A stretch of 64,000 nt of DNA from positions 5,632,001-5,696,000 of the forward strand of contig CBDETY010000003.1 in NCBI GenBank assembly GCA_965243025.1, given 5' to 3'. This stretch comes from Candidatus Latescibacterota bacterium. Its GTDB lineage: Bacteria > Latescibacterota > UBA2968 > UBA8231. Positions 29,231-38,968 of this stretch are shown piece after piece (the stretch's first letter is position 1; every line of letters begins with the position of its first letter). The notes below the pieces were generated by a model, which worked only from the letters and a program-made list of their open reading frames with translations, made no database searches and was not told the DNA's origin. The position numbers and the translations under genes were made by a program.

Positions 29231-29775
29231 TGGTCGACCGGAATTTCCAGCGGTTGCCTGCAGGAGCCGCAATTGACGCGGATCTCGGTGAGGACAGTCG
29301 GTATTCGATTCGGAGATCTACAGTGGGGACATACAAAAAGGCGCGGCTGCAGGGGCTGCGGAAGAAGCCGGGCTCGTGACGTCCTTCCTAACCGTACCGG
29401 AAACGCATTCGCGGCAGCGTCCATGGCCTGAACGATTACGGGCAGGGGGGCCAGAAAGAACTCCTTTCCTTGACTGACGCGGTATTCCCCCAAAGCCGCA
29501 TGTGTCAGACCTTCGGCAGCCTCTCGATTCGACACATGGACGAAGTAAACGAGCCGAAAATCCCGGTACACAGAAGTCGAAGCGCTCAGCTCGGATACCC
29601 GGACAAATGGTTGCCGTGCGGATCGACCGATCTTGTAGACAGGATCGACGAAGGAGCTGTTGCTGCATGCATAGATCCAGCCGACGCGCCGGTACTCCCG
29701 CCGCCGCTTGTCGAAGGAGGAAATCGCCGCAAAGCTCGCCGGGATCTGGTCAATTCCTGGGTGAGGGTTCGGCAT
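29227..29775 (-). CDS. GIY-YIG (T5orf172/MUG113-like) protein with C-terminal zinc ribbon
   Basis: GWIY...YKIGRS...RVSELS.STSV, AEGLTHAAL, KEFF; CPHC...CGSC. Confidence 0.8.
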   Translation of the reverse strand: MPNPHPGIDQIPASFAAISSFDKRRREYRRVGWIYACSNSSFVDPVYKIGRSARQPFVRVSELSASTSVYRDFRLVYFVHVSNREAAEGLTHAALGEYRVSQGKEFFLAPLPVIVQAMDAAANAFPVRLGRTSRARLLPQPLQPRLFVCPHCRSPNRIPTVLTEIRVNCGSCRQPLEIPVDQ

Positions 29776-29825
29776 TTCAGGCGGCGATGAGTTTCTGGGA
29801 CAATCCCCTCCAGCGGGACCCCTGG

Positions 29826-30656
29826 CTACTCCTTCTCCGCGATGATCCCGAGCATCGGCGGGGCCGACAGGAACGCCCGGGGATCCCGTTCGCGCTCGTG
29901 CCAGTCGGCCTCGAAGGCGCGGCGTTCATCTTCAGTCAGCAGCCCGGATTCCACCAGCCGCGGCACGTAACCGAAGAAGAACCCGGTCGGCCACTCCCAG
30001 AGGGCCGTGCCGGGCCGGGCGAAACGCAAGATCGGTACGAGGTCGACCACACGGAACCCGGCTTCTGCCAACAGCCCGGGAAGCCGCTCGCCGACGTTGA
30101 GGTCCCCTCCGGTGCGCCGCCAGCTCTCGTACACGGCCGCGAGCACGCGGTCGAAGTCGGGGCTCGGCGGATACAGCCTGGTCGCGTGGTAGTTCAGGTA
30201 GTCCCAGACAACGAACCGGCCTCCCGGCCGCAGCCCCTTCGCCACCCTCTCGATGACGGCCGCCGGGTCCGGAAGAAAGCAGAACAGCCAGCGCGCGAAG
30301 GCGCCGTCGAGGGAATCCGGTTCGAGCTGCAATGTCTCAACCCCCTCCACGCGCGCCGTCAGGTGCGCGAGCCCGCGCCGCCCGGTTTCCCCGACCAGCG
30401 TTTCGATGAAGCGCGGGGACTCGTCCACCGCGAGAACCTGTCCGCCGGCGCCGACCCGTTGGGCAAGCTCGAGAGCGGCGAATCCCGGACCGCAGCCGAG
30501 ATCGAGCAGGCGGTCGCCCGGGCCGAAGCCGGCGCGGTCCCAGAGGTCGTGCGTCTCCGGCGACCACAGTCGATGCTGGGTCTCGAGGCGCCGCCCTTCC
30601 TCTGGGTCGGTGCCGAGGAGATAGGGCTTTTCAGGGGAGGGTCCGGGGTCTGTCAC
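29826..30656 (-). CDS. Class I SAM-dependent methyltransferase
   Basis: LLDLGCGPG, ARWLFCFLPDP, LRPGGRF. Confidence 0.9.
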   Translation of the reverse strand: MTDPGPSPEKPYLLGTDPEEGRRLETQHRLWSPETHDLWDRAGFGPGDRLLDLGCGPGFAALELAQRVGAGGQVLAVDESPRFIETLVGETGRRGLAHLTARVEGVETLQLEPDSLDGAFARWLFCFLPDPAAVIERVAKGLRPGGRFVVWDYLNYHATRLYPPSPDFDRVLAAVYESWRRTGGDLNVGERLPGLLAEAGFRVVDLVPILRFARPGTALWEWPTGFFFGYVPRLVESGLLTEDERRAFEADWHERERDPRAFLSAPPMLGIIAEKE

Positions 30657-30801
30657 TGGCCGGGGTCGGAGTCGTCGGGATAGTTGAACGGCGCGTCCCC
30701 TTCGATGGAGCGGGGGTCCGCTGCTGCGCTGACCCTCACGGCGATCGCCTCACTTCTTCGTCCCGCAGCTCCTGCCCGGCCAACATCGGGCGGGCGGAGG
30801 A

Positions 30802-31377
30802 TCACCTGTCGCGGAAGCCTTTGCCGTCCAGGATTTTCCGGACGTACTTCCCGACTCGTGCGGCGCGGGTCTTGGCCTGTCTGGCGCCTGAGAAGTACAG
30901 GTTGTACTCCCGCCTCCGGCCGGGGGTCAGGGCCTCGAACGCAGCCTTCAACGCCGGGTCCTGGTCCAGGCGGCTCCGGAGCTCGGCGGCCAGGAGGAGC
31001 TCGGGTGGCGGGCCCACCTTCAGGCCCGCTTCCTCGACATCGATGGCCTCGTCGACGTAAGCCTTGACCGTGCCGGCCAGCCGGGCAACGTCATCGACCG
31101 AGGTGAACCGGATACGGCGGGCGGACCGCGAGTTCGGCCCCTGCTCCTCGAGAACCCCTTCGGGATCCTTCAGCAGGGCGCCCTTGAAGAACATGAGGGC
31201 GAGGAACTCCTTCATCTCCTGGAGGATGACGACGTTCCCGCCCTTGTGGCTGTAGCAGGGCTTGCGCCACTTGATCTCCTCGGTCAGTCCGCAGCCGAGC
31301 AGGATCGGCCGCAGGCAGGCCATCTCCTCCGGCCACTGTCCGGACCGTCCGATATAAGCATCAACTTCGGGGTTCAT
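30802..31377 (-). CDS. YdeI/OmpD-associated family protein (DUF1801)
   Basis: MNPEVDAYI, EEIKWRKPCY, FFKGALLKDP, FEALTPGRRREY. Confidence 0.9.
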   Translation of the reverse strand: MNPEVDAYIGRSGQWPEEMACLRPILLGCGLTEEIKWRKPCYSHKGGNVVILQEMKEFLALMFFKGALLKDPEGVLEEQGPNSRSARRIRFTSVDDVARLAGTVKAYVDEAIDVEEAGLKVGPPPELLLAAELRSRLDQDPALKAAFEALTPGRRREYNLYFSGARQAKTRAARVGKYVRKILDGKGFRDR

Positions 31378-31684
31378 GACCACTTTACATCTTCCGTCGG
31401 CATCGGTGAATGCGCCGCCTGTTGCGGTCGCCTGACGGGATTGCGGATTCGGCACTCTTGAATGTACCCGTGCCGTCCTCTACAGTTCAACCGGCCCCTG
31501 TCGGTACGGGGGGCTCTTTCCGGCAACCGTGAATTGGAGCATCAGGGCGGTGGAAAACCTCATCGTCCGGGACTGCACTCATACCATTGCTAAGGAATCC
31601 CGGTAAAGAATCCCGGCAGGGGGCTTCCGCCAGGCGCGGCCGCTCAGGGTGAGCGTAGAGCTTGATCCAGCGGGGACTTCTGAA

Positions 31685-32548
31685 ATGTCGATTCGCCTCA
31701 GGAAGCTGCACCCATTGATCGGGGCCGAAGTCACCGGGGTCGATCTGGCCCGCCCCCTCGACCGGGCTGCCGTGGAAGCCATCCGGAGCGCCTGGAGCCG
31801 GTACGGCGTGCTCCTCTTCCCCGAACAACCGATTACCGATGAGCAGCAGGTGGCCTTCAGCCGCCATTTCGGGACGCTGGAGATCTTTCCCCAGGCGGCG
31901 AACCGGTCCCGGACCGTCCCGGAGATCTTTCGCGTCACCAACGTGGGGGACGACGACCGCATCCTGCCGGTCGATTCCCCGGGCGGCCGCTACAGCACGC
32001 TGATCTGCGTCTGGCACACCGACAGCAGTTACCGTCGAGTGCCCGGCAAGGGGGCGGTGCTTCACGCCATCGAGGTGGTCACAAAAGGGGGCGACACCCT
32101 GTTTGCCAACATGTGCCATGCCTACGAGCAGATGCCGGTGGAACTGCAAGAGAGGATCGCGGGGCTGAAGGCGCGCCACAGTTTCGAGTACTCACGCCAG
32201 CTGCGGCAGCTGCCCCCCATGGATCCGGCCGAGGCGGCCGAGGTGCCGCCGGTGGACCACCCCCTGGTCCGGCGGCACGGGGACGGGCGTCGCTCGCTCT
32301 ACGTCAGCGCCACCTACATGGAGCGCATCCCGGGGCTGAGCGAGGCGGACAGCAGGGGGCTCATCGACGAGCTGATGGCCTGGGCCACCCAGGACCGGTT
32401 CGTCTACCGGCATCGCTGGCGCCCCCACGACGTCCTTATGTGGGACAACCGCTGGTGCATCCACGTGGTGACCCCCTTCGACCACGGCGCCGAGCGCCGG
32501 GTGATGCACCGCACCACCATCGCCGGCACCGAACCGGTGGAAGGGTGA
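31685..32548 (+). CDS. TauD/TfdA-family dioxygenase
   Basis: IGAEVTGVDL, WHTDSSY, GGDTLFANM, MWDNRWCIH, MHRTT. Confidence 0.93.
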   Translation: MSIRLRKLHPLIGAEVTGVDLARPLDRAAVEAIRSAWSRYGVLLFPEQPITDEQQVAFSRHFGTLEIFPQAANRSRTVPEIFRVTNVGDDDRILPVDSPGGRYSTLICVWHTDSSYRRVPGKGAVLHAIEVVTKGGDTLFANMCHAYEQMPVELQERIAGLKARHSFEYSRQLRQLPPMDPAEAAEVPPVDHPLVRRHGDGRRSLYVSATYMERIPGLSEADSRGLIDELMAWATQDRFVYRHRWRPHDVLMWDNRWCIHVVTPFDHGAERRVMHRTTIAGTEPVEG

Positions 32549-32599
32549 GGCGGATTCAGCCGCGGCGGCACGGCGAGACCTGATGGTCTCTCTGCCTCC

Positions 32600-32959
32600 T
32601 CAGGTCACCGCTTTTCGCACAATCTCGGACAGTCCGGCCTCGGTTGCGTCGTCCAGCCCGGTGAAGAACCAGGCGCAGCCCATCAGCAGGTTCGGGGCGC
32701 CCTCCTCGACGGAGAGCTTCACCTTCTCGGTAAGGCCGAAGGTCATGTACTCGTCATCCGCCCGGAAGAAGCAGAGCACCGGTCCGTCCAGGGCGTATCC
32801 CGGCATACCGTACCACACCCTGGGATTGAGCTCGGGGGCGCTCCGTCGGATGAGCGCGTGGACTCGCTCACCCATGCCCCGGAAGGGCTCGGGCATCGCG
32901 GCAATCTTCTCGAGCACCGCGGCCTCGTCGTCGGCCTTCTTCTTCGCCTTGCTTGCCAT
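32600..32959 (-). CDS. DUF1801 domain protein
   Basis: VHALIRRSAPELNPRVWYGMPGYA, LCFF, YMTFG; GGAGG RBS. Confidence 0.8.
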   Translation of the reverse strand: MASKAKKKADDEAAVLEKIAAMPEPFRGMGERVHALIRRSAPELNPRVWYGMPGYALDGPVLCFFRADDEYMTFGLTEKVKLSVEEGAPNLLMGCAWFFTGLDDATEAGLSEIVRKAVT

Positions 32960-33124
32960 GGGAATTCCTCCCTGCTCGGTCACGCGCCCCCGACAGCGCG
33001 GATTTCGGCTCATTTAAGGGTGCGGCAACGACCGCTCGCGAGGTGCGGTTCTCCAGGGCTGGTCGAGGGTTGCGAGGGCGACGTTTTTCTTGACTGACCG
33101 GGTGGAGATCCGTACGGTCTGAGT

Positions 33125-34189
33125 ATGACAGAACACAGACAAACAGTCGAGACCGCACCCGCCATCGACGACGGATCGACGACGCGCGACGCCAAAGGGG
33201 AGTGGACCCCCCGGTTTCTGGGGAAAGCACAGCCTTTCGTCTGGCCGTTCCAGCCAAAAAAGCTCCTCCAGTTTCTGCTCGGTTTCCCCGGTTTCCTGTG
33301 GCCGTTCGGCGCCGTCGCCTTCTACGGGCTCGCCGCCGTGACGTGGCACTACCTCCAGCCGGGGGCCGACCAGTTGAGCAACTTCAGCGAGCTGCGCGCC
33401 TCCTGGATCCTGCCGATGTTCGCCCGCAACATCGTCATGCTTGTGATCGTCGCCGGCTCTCTGCACCTGATCCTCTACTGGCGCCGCGTCCAGGGGACCC
33501 GCTTCAAGTACAACTCGCGGTGGCCGAGCAGCAACAGCAAGGCGTTTCTGTTCAACGACCAGGTCAAGGACAACGTCTTCTGGAGCGTCGTCAGCGGCGG
33601 CGGGATCTGGACCCTGTACGAAGTGCTCATGTTGTGGGCGTACGGCAACGGCTGGGCTCCTTACATGTCGTGGCGGGACAACCCCCTCTGGTTCATCGCC
33701 CTGGCCGCGGTTCTCCCGTTCTGGCAGGACTTCCACTTCTACGTCATACACCGCATTTCGCACTGGAAACCGCTCTACAAGTGCTCCCACTACCTGCACC
33801 ACCGCAACACGAACGTCGGGCCCTGGTCCGGTCTGTCGATGCACCCGATCGAACACCTGCTGTATTTCACCCGCTGGATCATCCTGTTCCTGGTGCCCTC
33901 GCACCCGATCCACATGTTCTACCTGATGCAGCGTCCGGCGCTCAACCCGGCCCTGGGTCACACCGGCTTCGACAGGCTCGTCCTGAAAGAAGAGAGCGAG
34001 GGCATGTCCATCGACTCCTATTTCCACTACCTGCACCACCGCTACTTCGAGTGCAACTACGGCACCGTCACGGTGCCGTTCGACCGCTGGTTCGGATCGC
34101 TGCACGACGGCTCTCCAGAGGCGTACGCCCGCATGCGGCGCAAGCAGCGGATCCCGGCCAAGACGGACGCAGAGGCGGTCAGCGCCTGA
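33125..34189 (+). CDS. Sterol desaturase/fatty acid hydroxylase superfamily membrane protein
   Basis: His boxes HRISH, HYLHH, HYLHH; SMHPIEH; CNYG; several TM segments. Confidence 0.9.
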   Translation: MTEHRQTVETAPAIDDGSTTRDAKGEWTPRFLGKAQPFVWPFQPKKLLQFLLGFPGFLWPFGAVAFYGLAAVTWHYLQPGADQLSNFSELRASWILPMFARNIVMLVIVAGSLHLILYWRRVQGTRFKYNSRWPSSNSKAFLFNDQVKDNVFWSVVSGGGIWTLYEVLMLWAYGNGWAPYMSWRDNPLWFIALAAVLPFWQDFHFYVIHRISHWKPLYKCSHYLHHRNTNVGPWSGLSMHPIEHLLYFTRWIILFLVPSHPIHMFYLMQRPALNPALGHTGFDRLVLKEESEGMSIDSYFHYLHHRYFECNYGTVTVPFDRWFGSLHDGSPEAYARMRRKQRIPAKTDAEAVSA

Positions 34190-34253
34190 GGGAACTCCCC
34201 GATCCGGGAAATTGAGGCGATCCCCCTGAAAGGGTGCGTCAGCGGAACTGCCG

Positions 34254-35249
34254 CTAAAGGTCTGCATCCGGCTCGGTCGGCAGCACCTCCGGGTTGACGC
34301 AGTACTCCGGAGCCTCCCCGTTCAGCACCTTCACCATGCTCGTGGCCATGGAGTGGTAGATCCGCGCCATGGCCACCTCGCTCGTACCGGCCGTGTGGGG
34401 CGAGAACAGGCAGCGCCGGTCGCGGAACAGCCGGTGGCTCGTGTCGGGCGGCTCTTCCTCGAACACGTCGAGGCCCACCGCACCCAGCTGCCCCGACTCC
34501 AGTCCGTCGGCGAGGACGTCGAAGCTCTCGACCACTCCACCGCGCGCGGTGTTGATGAAGACGGCGCCCGGTTTCATGCGGGCCACCGCCGCGGCATCGA
34601 TCAGTCCTCGCGTGTCGTCGTTCAGCGGAACGTGCACCGATATGTAGTCGCTGCGCGCCAGCAGCTCGTCGAGCGCCACGACGGTGACGCCGATTTCGCT
34701 CACGCTTTCCTGCCCTACGACGGGGTCGTACCCCAGTACCTCCATCTCGAATGGCTGCACGAGCCGGGCGAGCCGGGCCCCGATGCGGCCGAGCCCGATG
34801 ATGCCGAGGGTGCGGGTGGTCATGTCGCCGGTGAGAAAGTGGAAGCGCTCGTTCCAGCGGCCTTCGCGGACAATCGCGTCCGCCTGGGGCAGGCGCTTGA
34901 CGATGGACAGCAGGATGGCCAGCGCCCCCTCGGCCACGGCAAACCCGCCTACCGGCGCATACACGAGGGGAATCCCGCGGGCTGTCGCAGCTTCGACGTC
35001 GACGGTGTCGTACCCGGCGCCTGGCCGCCCGATCACGCGCAGCCCGGGAGCGGCCTGTATGATCTCCGCCGAGATCCGGATCTCCATTCCCCTGCTGACG
35101 ATGCCGATAACGTCGCCCAGCGAGGAGACCAGGGTCCCCTCGTCGGTGGCGCTTTCTACGGGAGCGACGGTCTGCAGGACGTCGATCGCCTCGGGGCCGA
35201 TGGCGCCGGTGGTCAGGATCCGTTTCCCTGAATAGTCTGTTCTGTTCAT
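34254..35249 (-). CDS. D-2-hydroxyacid/phosphoglycerate dehydrogenase family
   Basis: GIIGLGRIG, SVHVPL, INTARG, LDVFEEEP, SPHTAG. Confidence 0.92.
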   Translation of the reverse strand: MNRTDYSGKRILTTGAIGPEAIDVLQTVAPVESATDEGTLVSSLGDVIGIVSRGMEIRISAEIIQAAPGLRVIGRPGAGYDTVDVEAATARGIPLVYAPVGGFAVAEGALAILLSIVKRLPQADAIVREGRWNERFHFLTGDMTTRTLGIIGLGRIGARLARLVQPFEMEVLGYDPVVGQESVSEIGVTVVALDELLARSDYISVHVPLNDDTRGLIDAAAVARMKPGAVFINTARGGVVESFDVLADGLESGQLGAVGLDVFEEEPPDTSHRLFRDRRCLFSPHTAGTSEVAMARIYHSMATSMVKVLNGEAPEYCVNPEVLPTEPDADL

Positions 35250-35425
35250 TTCAGCGCTGAGCCTCCTTTGCGGCAAACCTGGGGGGCCGGAGGTGTTAAG
35301 CTAACCTACTCCCGATCAAACCTACCAGAGCCAACAAAGTTCACGGCATCCCGCCAAGTCGGGCGACATCACATCTGCGAATCCCCCCTCGACACCTCCC
35401 GACTTTCCGACCATACTCCCCGGCC

Positions 35426-36850
35426 ATGACGGACATCCTTCACAGTACCCGATTCACCGAAGCCAGCGCCGCCTGGGACCTCTCTCCAGGGGGAGAGGGG
35501 GGTATCGAGGTCGGGCCCGATGGCGCGGTGCTGTCACCGTCCGGGGGGGAAACCGCCTCGCTGTGCGGCAGCGGCGTGCACACCCGGAACGGCGACAGCA
35601 TCGAGGTGCGTTTCCGCGTGCTGGAGGGAAGCGGCCGGCTGCGTTTCGGGTTCGACGCGGAACGGCACGAGCACGCCTGTGTCGAAGTCTGCATGAAAAC
35701 GGGGACGGTTTCGCTGTTCACGACCGACTGGCGGCTCGAGCAGCCGCTTGGGGCGGTTCCAGCCGAGGTGGGAGCGGAACGATCGCACAGTCTCCTACTC
35801 GAGAAGACGGAGGGCGCGGGGGCGCTGGTCAAGAACTCCGACGTGACCGTCTACCTGGACGGGGCGCCGATCATGCACCTCGAGAACCTGGACCTGCTGC
35901 CGGAAATGGGTGTGCTCGTGGAAGCGAGCGGAGCCCGGGTGCTCGTCGAGGAGTTCGCGCACCGGGGCCGGCCATCGGAGATACCGGAGTACCTGCATCT
36001 GGGCGGCTGCCAGGTGCTCAACGTCGACGGTATCGAAGAGAACCTCGGGTCGATCTGCCGCGGGCTTGAAAGGGCTGCCGAGGCCGGCGTCGAGCTGCTG
36101 GTTACGCCGGAGATGTCCCTTACCGGACTGTATCCCACGAGGCCCCGCACGCGGGAACCGGGACCGGTGGCCGCCGCCGAAGCGCGGCTGCGGCAGTTCA
36201 TCCGCGACCTGCCGGACGCCCCGCACGTCATTGCCGGTCTGCCGGTCTGGGAAGCGGTGGCAGAGCACGACCTGCCGGAGACGAGGTTCATCGCCTCACG
36301 GGTGTACGATCCGGACGGCGAGATCCTGTACACGGCGCGCAAGGTCCATTCCGCTGAACAGGAGATGTGGCACGGGTACCGGCTCAACGAGTTCGACATC
36401 GAGGGTGTACCCGTTTCGCTCTACATCTGCCACGATAACCGCTATCCGGAGCTGCAGACCCTGCCGGTGATGTTCGGGGCCCGCCTCCTCCTGCATCCCT
36501 CGAACGGCGGTGTCGTAAGCGGCGCCGTCAGCGCCTTCGAGGCGGTCGCCATCGCAGCGAGCAGACAGACACACGCCTTTCACATGCACGTGAACGCCGG
36601 CGGCGGCAGCTACATCGTAAGTCCGGAACGGCATGCGGAGCTGCTGGCTGCGAGTGAAGAATCGCGGAGCGACAACCCGAACAGCCCGGCAGTCGGAAAG
36701 CCGACGGAGTGCTTCTTCCACGCCCGCGTGCGCATCCACGACGCCTTCGGGTACTGGCCTGCACGCGCCTTCCGCGCCTCGGAGTCCATCGCCCGGGCGT
36801 ACGCGGACCTGTACCGGGAGATCGGCGGCGGGAGCGAGATCCCCTCCTGA
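35426..36850 (+). CDS. Carbon-nitrogen hydrolase with about 180-aa N-terminal beta-rich domain
   Basis: Catalytic triad VTPEMSLTG (E), RKVH (K), ICHDNRYPE (C). Confidence 0.8.
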   Translation: MTDILHSTRFTEASAAWDLSPGGEGGIEVGPDGAVLSPSGGETASLCGSGVHTRNGDSIEVRFRVLEGSGRLRFGFDAERHEHACVEVCMKTGTVSLFTTDWRLEQPLGAVPAEVGAERSHSLLLEKTEGAGALVKNSDVTVYLDGAPIMHLENLDLLPEMGVLVEASGARVLVEEFAHRGRPSEIPEYLHLGGCQVLNVDGIEENLGSICRGLERAAEAGVELLVTPEMSLTGLYPTRPRTREPGPVAAAEARLRQFIRDLPDAPHVIAGLPVWEAVAEHDLPETRFIASRVYDPDGEILYTARKVHSAEQEMWHGYRLNEFDIEGVPVSLYICHDNRYPELQTLPVMFGARLLLHPSNGGVVSGAVSAFEAVAIAASRQTHAFHMHVNAGGGSYIVSPERHAELLAASEESRSDNPNSPAVGKPTECFFHARVRIHDAFGYWPARAFRASESIARAYADLYREIGGGSEIPS

Positions 36851-36873
36851 CAACCATCGACAAGGCGAAACCA

Positions 36874-38394
36874 ATGCCGATGCTCAATATCGGATCGACC
36901 AGGCAGCTCTTCTTCGACGATTACCTGATCGAAAGTCTGGTCAACGCAAAGCAGGGGCTGAACCCCGCGGTAAAGGTTGAGGGCAACCCCGTCCTCCGGC
37001 CGGAGCGCCCGTGGGAAGGAAACTTCATGCGGCCCGCCAAGGTGATCTTCGACCCGGCAGACCAGGTCTTCAGGATGTGGTATTCCTCGGCGACCATCAC
37101 CGTGCGCCTGGAAAACGGGAAACCGGTCCCCGGCGGTGCCGCGGGTCTTGTCCTGGACCAACGGGGCGACGTGATGTGCCTGGCGACCTCCGAGGATGGA
37201 GTTAACTGGGAGCGGCCGTCACTGGGACTGGTCGAATTCGACGGCTCGACGGACAACAACATCATCCCCCGGAAGGAGGGGCTGCCGTCGGTGCCGGCTT
37301 TCCAGGATCTGCACGAGAAGGATCCCGCCAAACGGTTCAAGGCAATGCAGCTGACCGGGGGCACGCAGACCCGGGGGATGCAATACGATCTCTTCCATTC
37401 CCCGGATGCAATCGACTGGACTCCCTACGAAGGCAATCCCGTCATCGATACCGGGAAGGAACTGGGACGTTGGTCGGGCCGTTTCCAGGGATGGGACCCG
37501 ATACGCGAGACGTACTACGTCACCATGGAAGCCAGCCACCACTGGCGGGGACCTTACGGCAAACGGCTGATCGGCAGGGCGGAAAGCCCGGACATGATTC
37601 ACTGGAGCGAGCCGGAGATCATCCTCGTGCCGGACGGGGACGACTATCCCGACACCGAGTTCTACAGCATGCCGGTCATCCCCTACGAAGGTGTTTATGT
37701 CGGGTTGCTGTGGATCTTTCGCACCACCAACGTGACCCACCATCCGGAGGTCGTCTTCAGCCGGGACGGGTTTCACTTTCAGCGGAACTACCGGGAGCCG
37801 TTCATACCCCGCGGCGGCGCGCGGGGGGACTTCGACTACAGCAGCGTCTACGCCCAGGACACCATCGTTCACGGGGACCGCATCTTCACCTACTACATCG
37901 GCACCAACAGCCGGTCTCCTGAAACCGCCCTGGAACTGGGAGACAAGTCCGCGGAGGGGATAGGACTGGCGGTATCACGTCTCGACGGGTTCGTCTCTCT
38001 CGACAGCGGGAAGGGCTGGGTGGTCAAGGACAGGTCCGAGGAGGAACTGCAACAGATCTACGGCGAGCGGGAAATCTTTCCGGAGCCGGAGTCCTTCGGT
38101 CAGATGACGACCCGCCCGTTCGGGTTTTCCGGATCGCGCCTGTACCTGAACGCAAGCATGGCCCCGATTGCCGCGGGGCCGGGTCCCGGCGAGGTCAGGG
38201 TCGAGATTTTAAGGGCGAATTTCAAGAAGCTGCCCGGATTCAGCTTCAGCGATGCCGATCCGGTCAGACAGACGAGCACCGCCCACCTTGTCTCGTGGAA
38301 CGGGAACTCCGATTTGAGTGCGCTGGCGGGCAAGCCGGTGAAGCTGCGGTTCTACTTCAAGAACGCCAAGCTGTACTCTTTCCAGTTCAAGTAA
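36874..38394 (+). CDS. Five-bladed beta-propeller glycosidase-like protein (GH32/GH43/GH130-like)
   Basis: RQLFFDDYLI, Asp-box repeats SEDGVNW, SPDAIDW, SPDMIHW, SRDGFHF; RLDGFVSL; KLYSFQF. Confidence 0.75.
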   Translation: MPMLNIGSTRQLFFDDYLIESLVNAKQGLNPAVKVEGNPVLRPERPWEGNFMRPAKVIFDPADQVFRMWYSSATITVRLENGKPVPGGAAGLVLDQRGDVMCLATSEDGVNWERPSLGLVEFDGSTDNNIIPRKEGLPSVPAFQDLHEKDPAKRFKAMQLTGGTQTRGMQYDLFHSPDAIDWTPYEGNPVIDTGKELGRWSGRFQGWDPIRETYYVTMEASHHWRGPYGKRLIGRAESPDMIHWSEPEIILVPDGDDYPDTEFYSMPVIPYEGVYVGLLWIFRTTNVTHHPEVVFSRDGFHFQRNYREPFIPRGGARGDFDYSSVYAQDTIVHGDRIFTYYIGTNSRSPETALELGDKSAEGIGLAVSRLDGFVSLDSGKGWVVKDRSEEELQQIYGEREIFPEPESFGQMTTRPFGFSGSRLYLNASMAPIAAGPGPGEVRVEILRANFKKLPGFSFSDADPVRQTSTAHLVSWNGNSDLSALAGKPVKLRFYFKNAKLYSFQFK

Positions 38395-38453
38395 CTCGGT
38401 CCGCGGGAAGGTACGCCGACGCTTCGGCGGGAGCGTGACGAGCCGGCTCCGGG

Positions 38454-38930
38454 CTACTCGCCGCGGAAGGCTTTCTCCAGGGCGGGGACATCCAGTTTCT
38501 TCATCTGCAGAAAAGCCTCGGTGACGCGCTCGACCGCGGCTGCATCGCCGCTGTTCAACATCTCACCCAGTGCGACCGGCGTGATCTGCCAGGAGACGCC
38601 GAAGCGATCGGTCAGCCAGCCGCACTGACCCTCCTCACCGCCCTCCGCAGTCAACCGCTCCCAGAGGCGGTCCACCTCGGCCTGGTCGGCGCAGTTGACC
38701 AGGAGTGACACCGCCGGGCTGAGCTTGTAGTGGGGTCCCCCGTTGATGATGCAGAACTCCTGCCCAGCCAGCTCGAACTCGGCCGTCATGATGTCGCCGG
38801 GGTTTCCCATGCCCCCTTCGGCGTAACGCAGGATCCGCGTGACCCGCGAATCCGCGAAAAGGGACGTGTACAGCTCGAGCGCTTCCTCCACCTGCCCGTC
38901 AAACCACAGATTGGTGACGATTTTCTGCAT
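38454..38930 (-). CDS. VOC-family PhnB-like (3-dmu-9_3-mt) protein
   Basis: MQKIVTNLWF, INGGP, QCGWLTDRFGVSWQI, MKKLD. Confidence 0.9.
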   Translation of the reverse strand: MQKIVTNLWFDGQVEEALELYTSLFADSRVTRILRYAEGGMGNPGDIMTAEFELAGQEFCIINGGPHYKLSPAVSLLVNCADQAEVDRLWERLTAEGGEEGQCGWLTDRFGVSWQITPVALGEMLNSGDAAAVERVTEAFLQMKKLDVPALEKAFRGE

Positions 38931-38968
38931 GGGTTCAATCCTCTCCTGTCAGTTGGATCGTGTACGAC

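Noticed and set aside
30653-30760. Short minus-strand frame ending SIEGDAPFNYPDDSDPGQ* overlapping the methyltransferase start
   Set aside because: May be the tail of a deleted gene, but too short to assign
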